Shown: positions 62,930 through 64,000 of the stretch, one piece after another
Numbering within the stretch: position 1 is the stretch's first letter
Layout: the number at the start of each line of letters is the position of its first letter
Source of the DNA: Macrostomum lignano
Taxonomy: Eukaryota
Direction of reading: 5' to 3'
Length of the DNA: 64,000 nucleotides
Assembly (NCBI GenBank): GCA_002269645.1
Contig: NIVC01003196.1
Coordinates: 48,523-112,522, forward strand
Notes under the pieces: generated by a model
Database searches by the model: none
Told to the model about the DNA's origin: nothing
What the model saw: the letters and a program-made list of their open reading frames with translations, nothing else
Made by a program: the position numbers and the translations under genes

Positions 62930-63668
62930 AGATGTCAGGAGAAAATTATCGGTAAAGACATTGAGCTGTCAGGAGAGACACTGAGGTGTCAGGAGAGACA
63001 CTGAGGTGTCAGGAAAGCCATTTAGGTGTCAGGAAGGACATGGAGGTTTCAGGAGAGACACTGAGGTGTCAGGAGAAACACAGAGGTGTCAGGAGAGACA
63101 CTGAGGTGTCAGGAAAGCCATTTAGGTGTCAGGAAGGACATGGAGGTTTCAGGAGAGACACTGAGGTGTCAGGAGAAACACAGAGGTGTCAGGAGAGACA
63201 CTGAGGTGTCAGGAAAGCCATTTAGGTGTCAGGAAGGACATGGAGGTTTCAGGAGAGACACTGAGGTGTCAGGAGAAACACAGAGGTGTCAGGAGAGACA
63301 CTGAGGTGTCAGGAAAGCCATTTAGGTGTCAGGAAGGACATGGAGGTTTCAGGAGAGACACTGAGGTGTCAGGAGAAACACAGAGGTGTCAGGAGAGACA
63401 CTGAGGTGTCAGGAAAGCCATTTAGGTGTCAGGAAGGACATGGAGGTTTCAGGAGAGACACTGAGGTGTCAGGAGAAACACAGAGGTGTCAGGAGAGACA
63501 CTGAGGTGTCAGGAAAGCCATTTAGGTGTCAGGAAGGACATGGAGGTTTCAGGAGAGACACTGAGGTGTCAGGAGAAACACAGAGGTGTCAGGAAAGCCA
63601 TTTAGGTGTCAGGAAAGCCATTTAGGTGTCAGGAAAGACATGGAGGTGTCAGGAGAGACACTGAGGTG
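62930..63668. repeat. 20-bp monomers arranged as an exact 100-bp higher-order repeat (PSME4 intron)
   Basis: Identical translations recur at 62986, 63086, 63186, 63286 and 63386. Confidence 0.97.
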
Positions 63669-63704
63669 AAAAAAGACAGAAGATCCCAGATGCAGGCCAC
63701 TCAC

Positions 63705-64000
63705 CAGCGGCCATGACAAACAGGTTGAAGAACACGCAGCACTGCAGCAGCCTGAGCAGGCATTCCCGCGACTTCCAGGAAATCAAGCTGGTCGACAGCT
63801 GTTCAAAACGGTCCACAAGCTGCGGAGCAACCTCAGAAGTGACAGGGAGCACGGCGAACATGTCCAAAGCCGCTTGCAAGTCTTTGTCCAGCATCAGATC
63901 GAAGCTGGAGATTTGCAGCAGTTCGAGCATCGGCGGCAGCAGCAGCCAGATGGACTCATTCGGCTGGGTTGATGCCGAATAGCCAGCCTGGTTAACTGCA
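63705..64000 (-). CDS. PSME4: PSME4 penultimate exon (partial; continues past window end)
   Basis: ..SWKSRECLLRLLQCCVFFNLFVMAA G|gtgagt; phase 1 matches the acceptor at 62925. Confidence 0.88.

Overview
This is eukaryotic (animal) genomic DNA. The organism is inferred, not shown: GC-rich exons, introns packed with 10-41 bp minisatellites and a flatworm-style NPF suggest a free-living flatworm such as Macrostomum. From left to right the window holds: (1) a decayed Ty3/Gypsy retrotransposon (1-1660, -); (2) an AT-rich block and three minisatellites; (3) a ~16.3 kb array of a 17-bp unit (9622-25917); (4) a two-exon neuropeptide F/Y gene (-); (5) a ten-exon, divergent ionotropic glutamate receptor/IR-like gene (+); (6) a satellite split by a LINE fragment; (7) a mu-crystallin/ornithine cyclodeaminase (CRYM) gene (-) with two alternative first coding exons; (8) a MITE with an 8-bp target-site duplication (TSD) inside a CpG-depleted block; (9) a five-exon MTMR3/4-like myotubularin with a FYVE domain (+); and (10) the 3' end of PSME4/PA200 (-). 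Almost all long ORFs in the supplied track are artefacts of stop-free repeat units. The most unusual features are the duplicated CRYM N-terminal exons with a 120-nt identical tract, exons bracketed by reverse-complementary minisatellite arrays, and intronic arrays whose units are copies of splice signals. All exon structures and alignments were read by eye; no searches were run.
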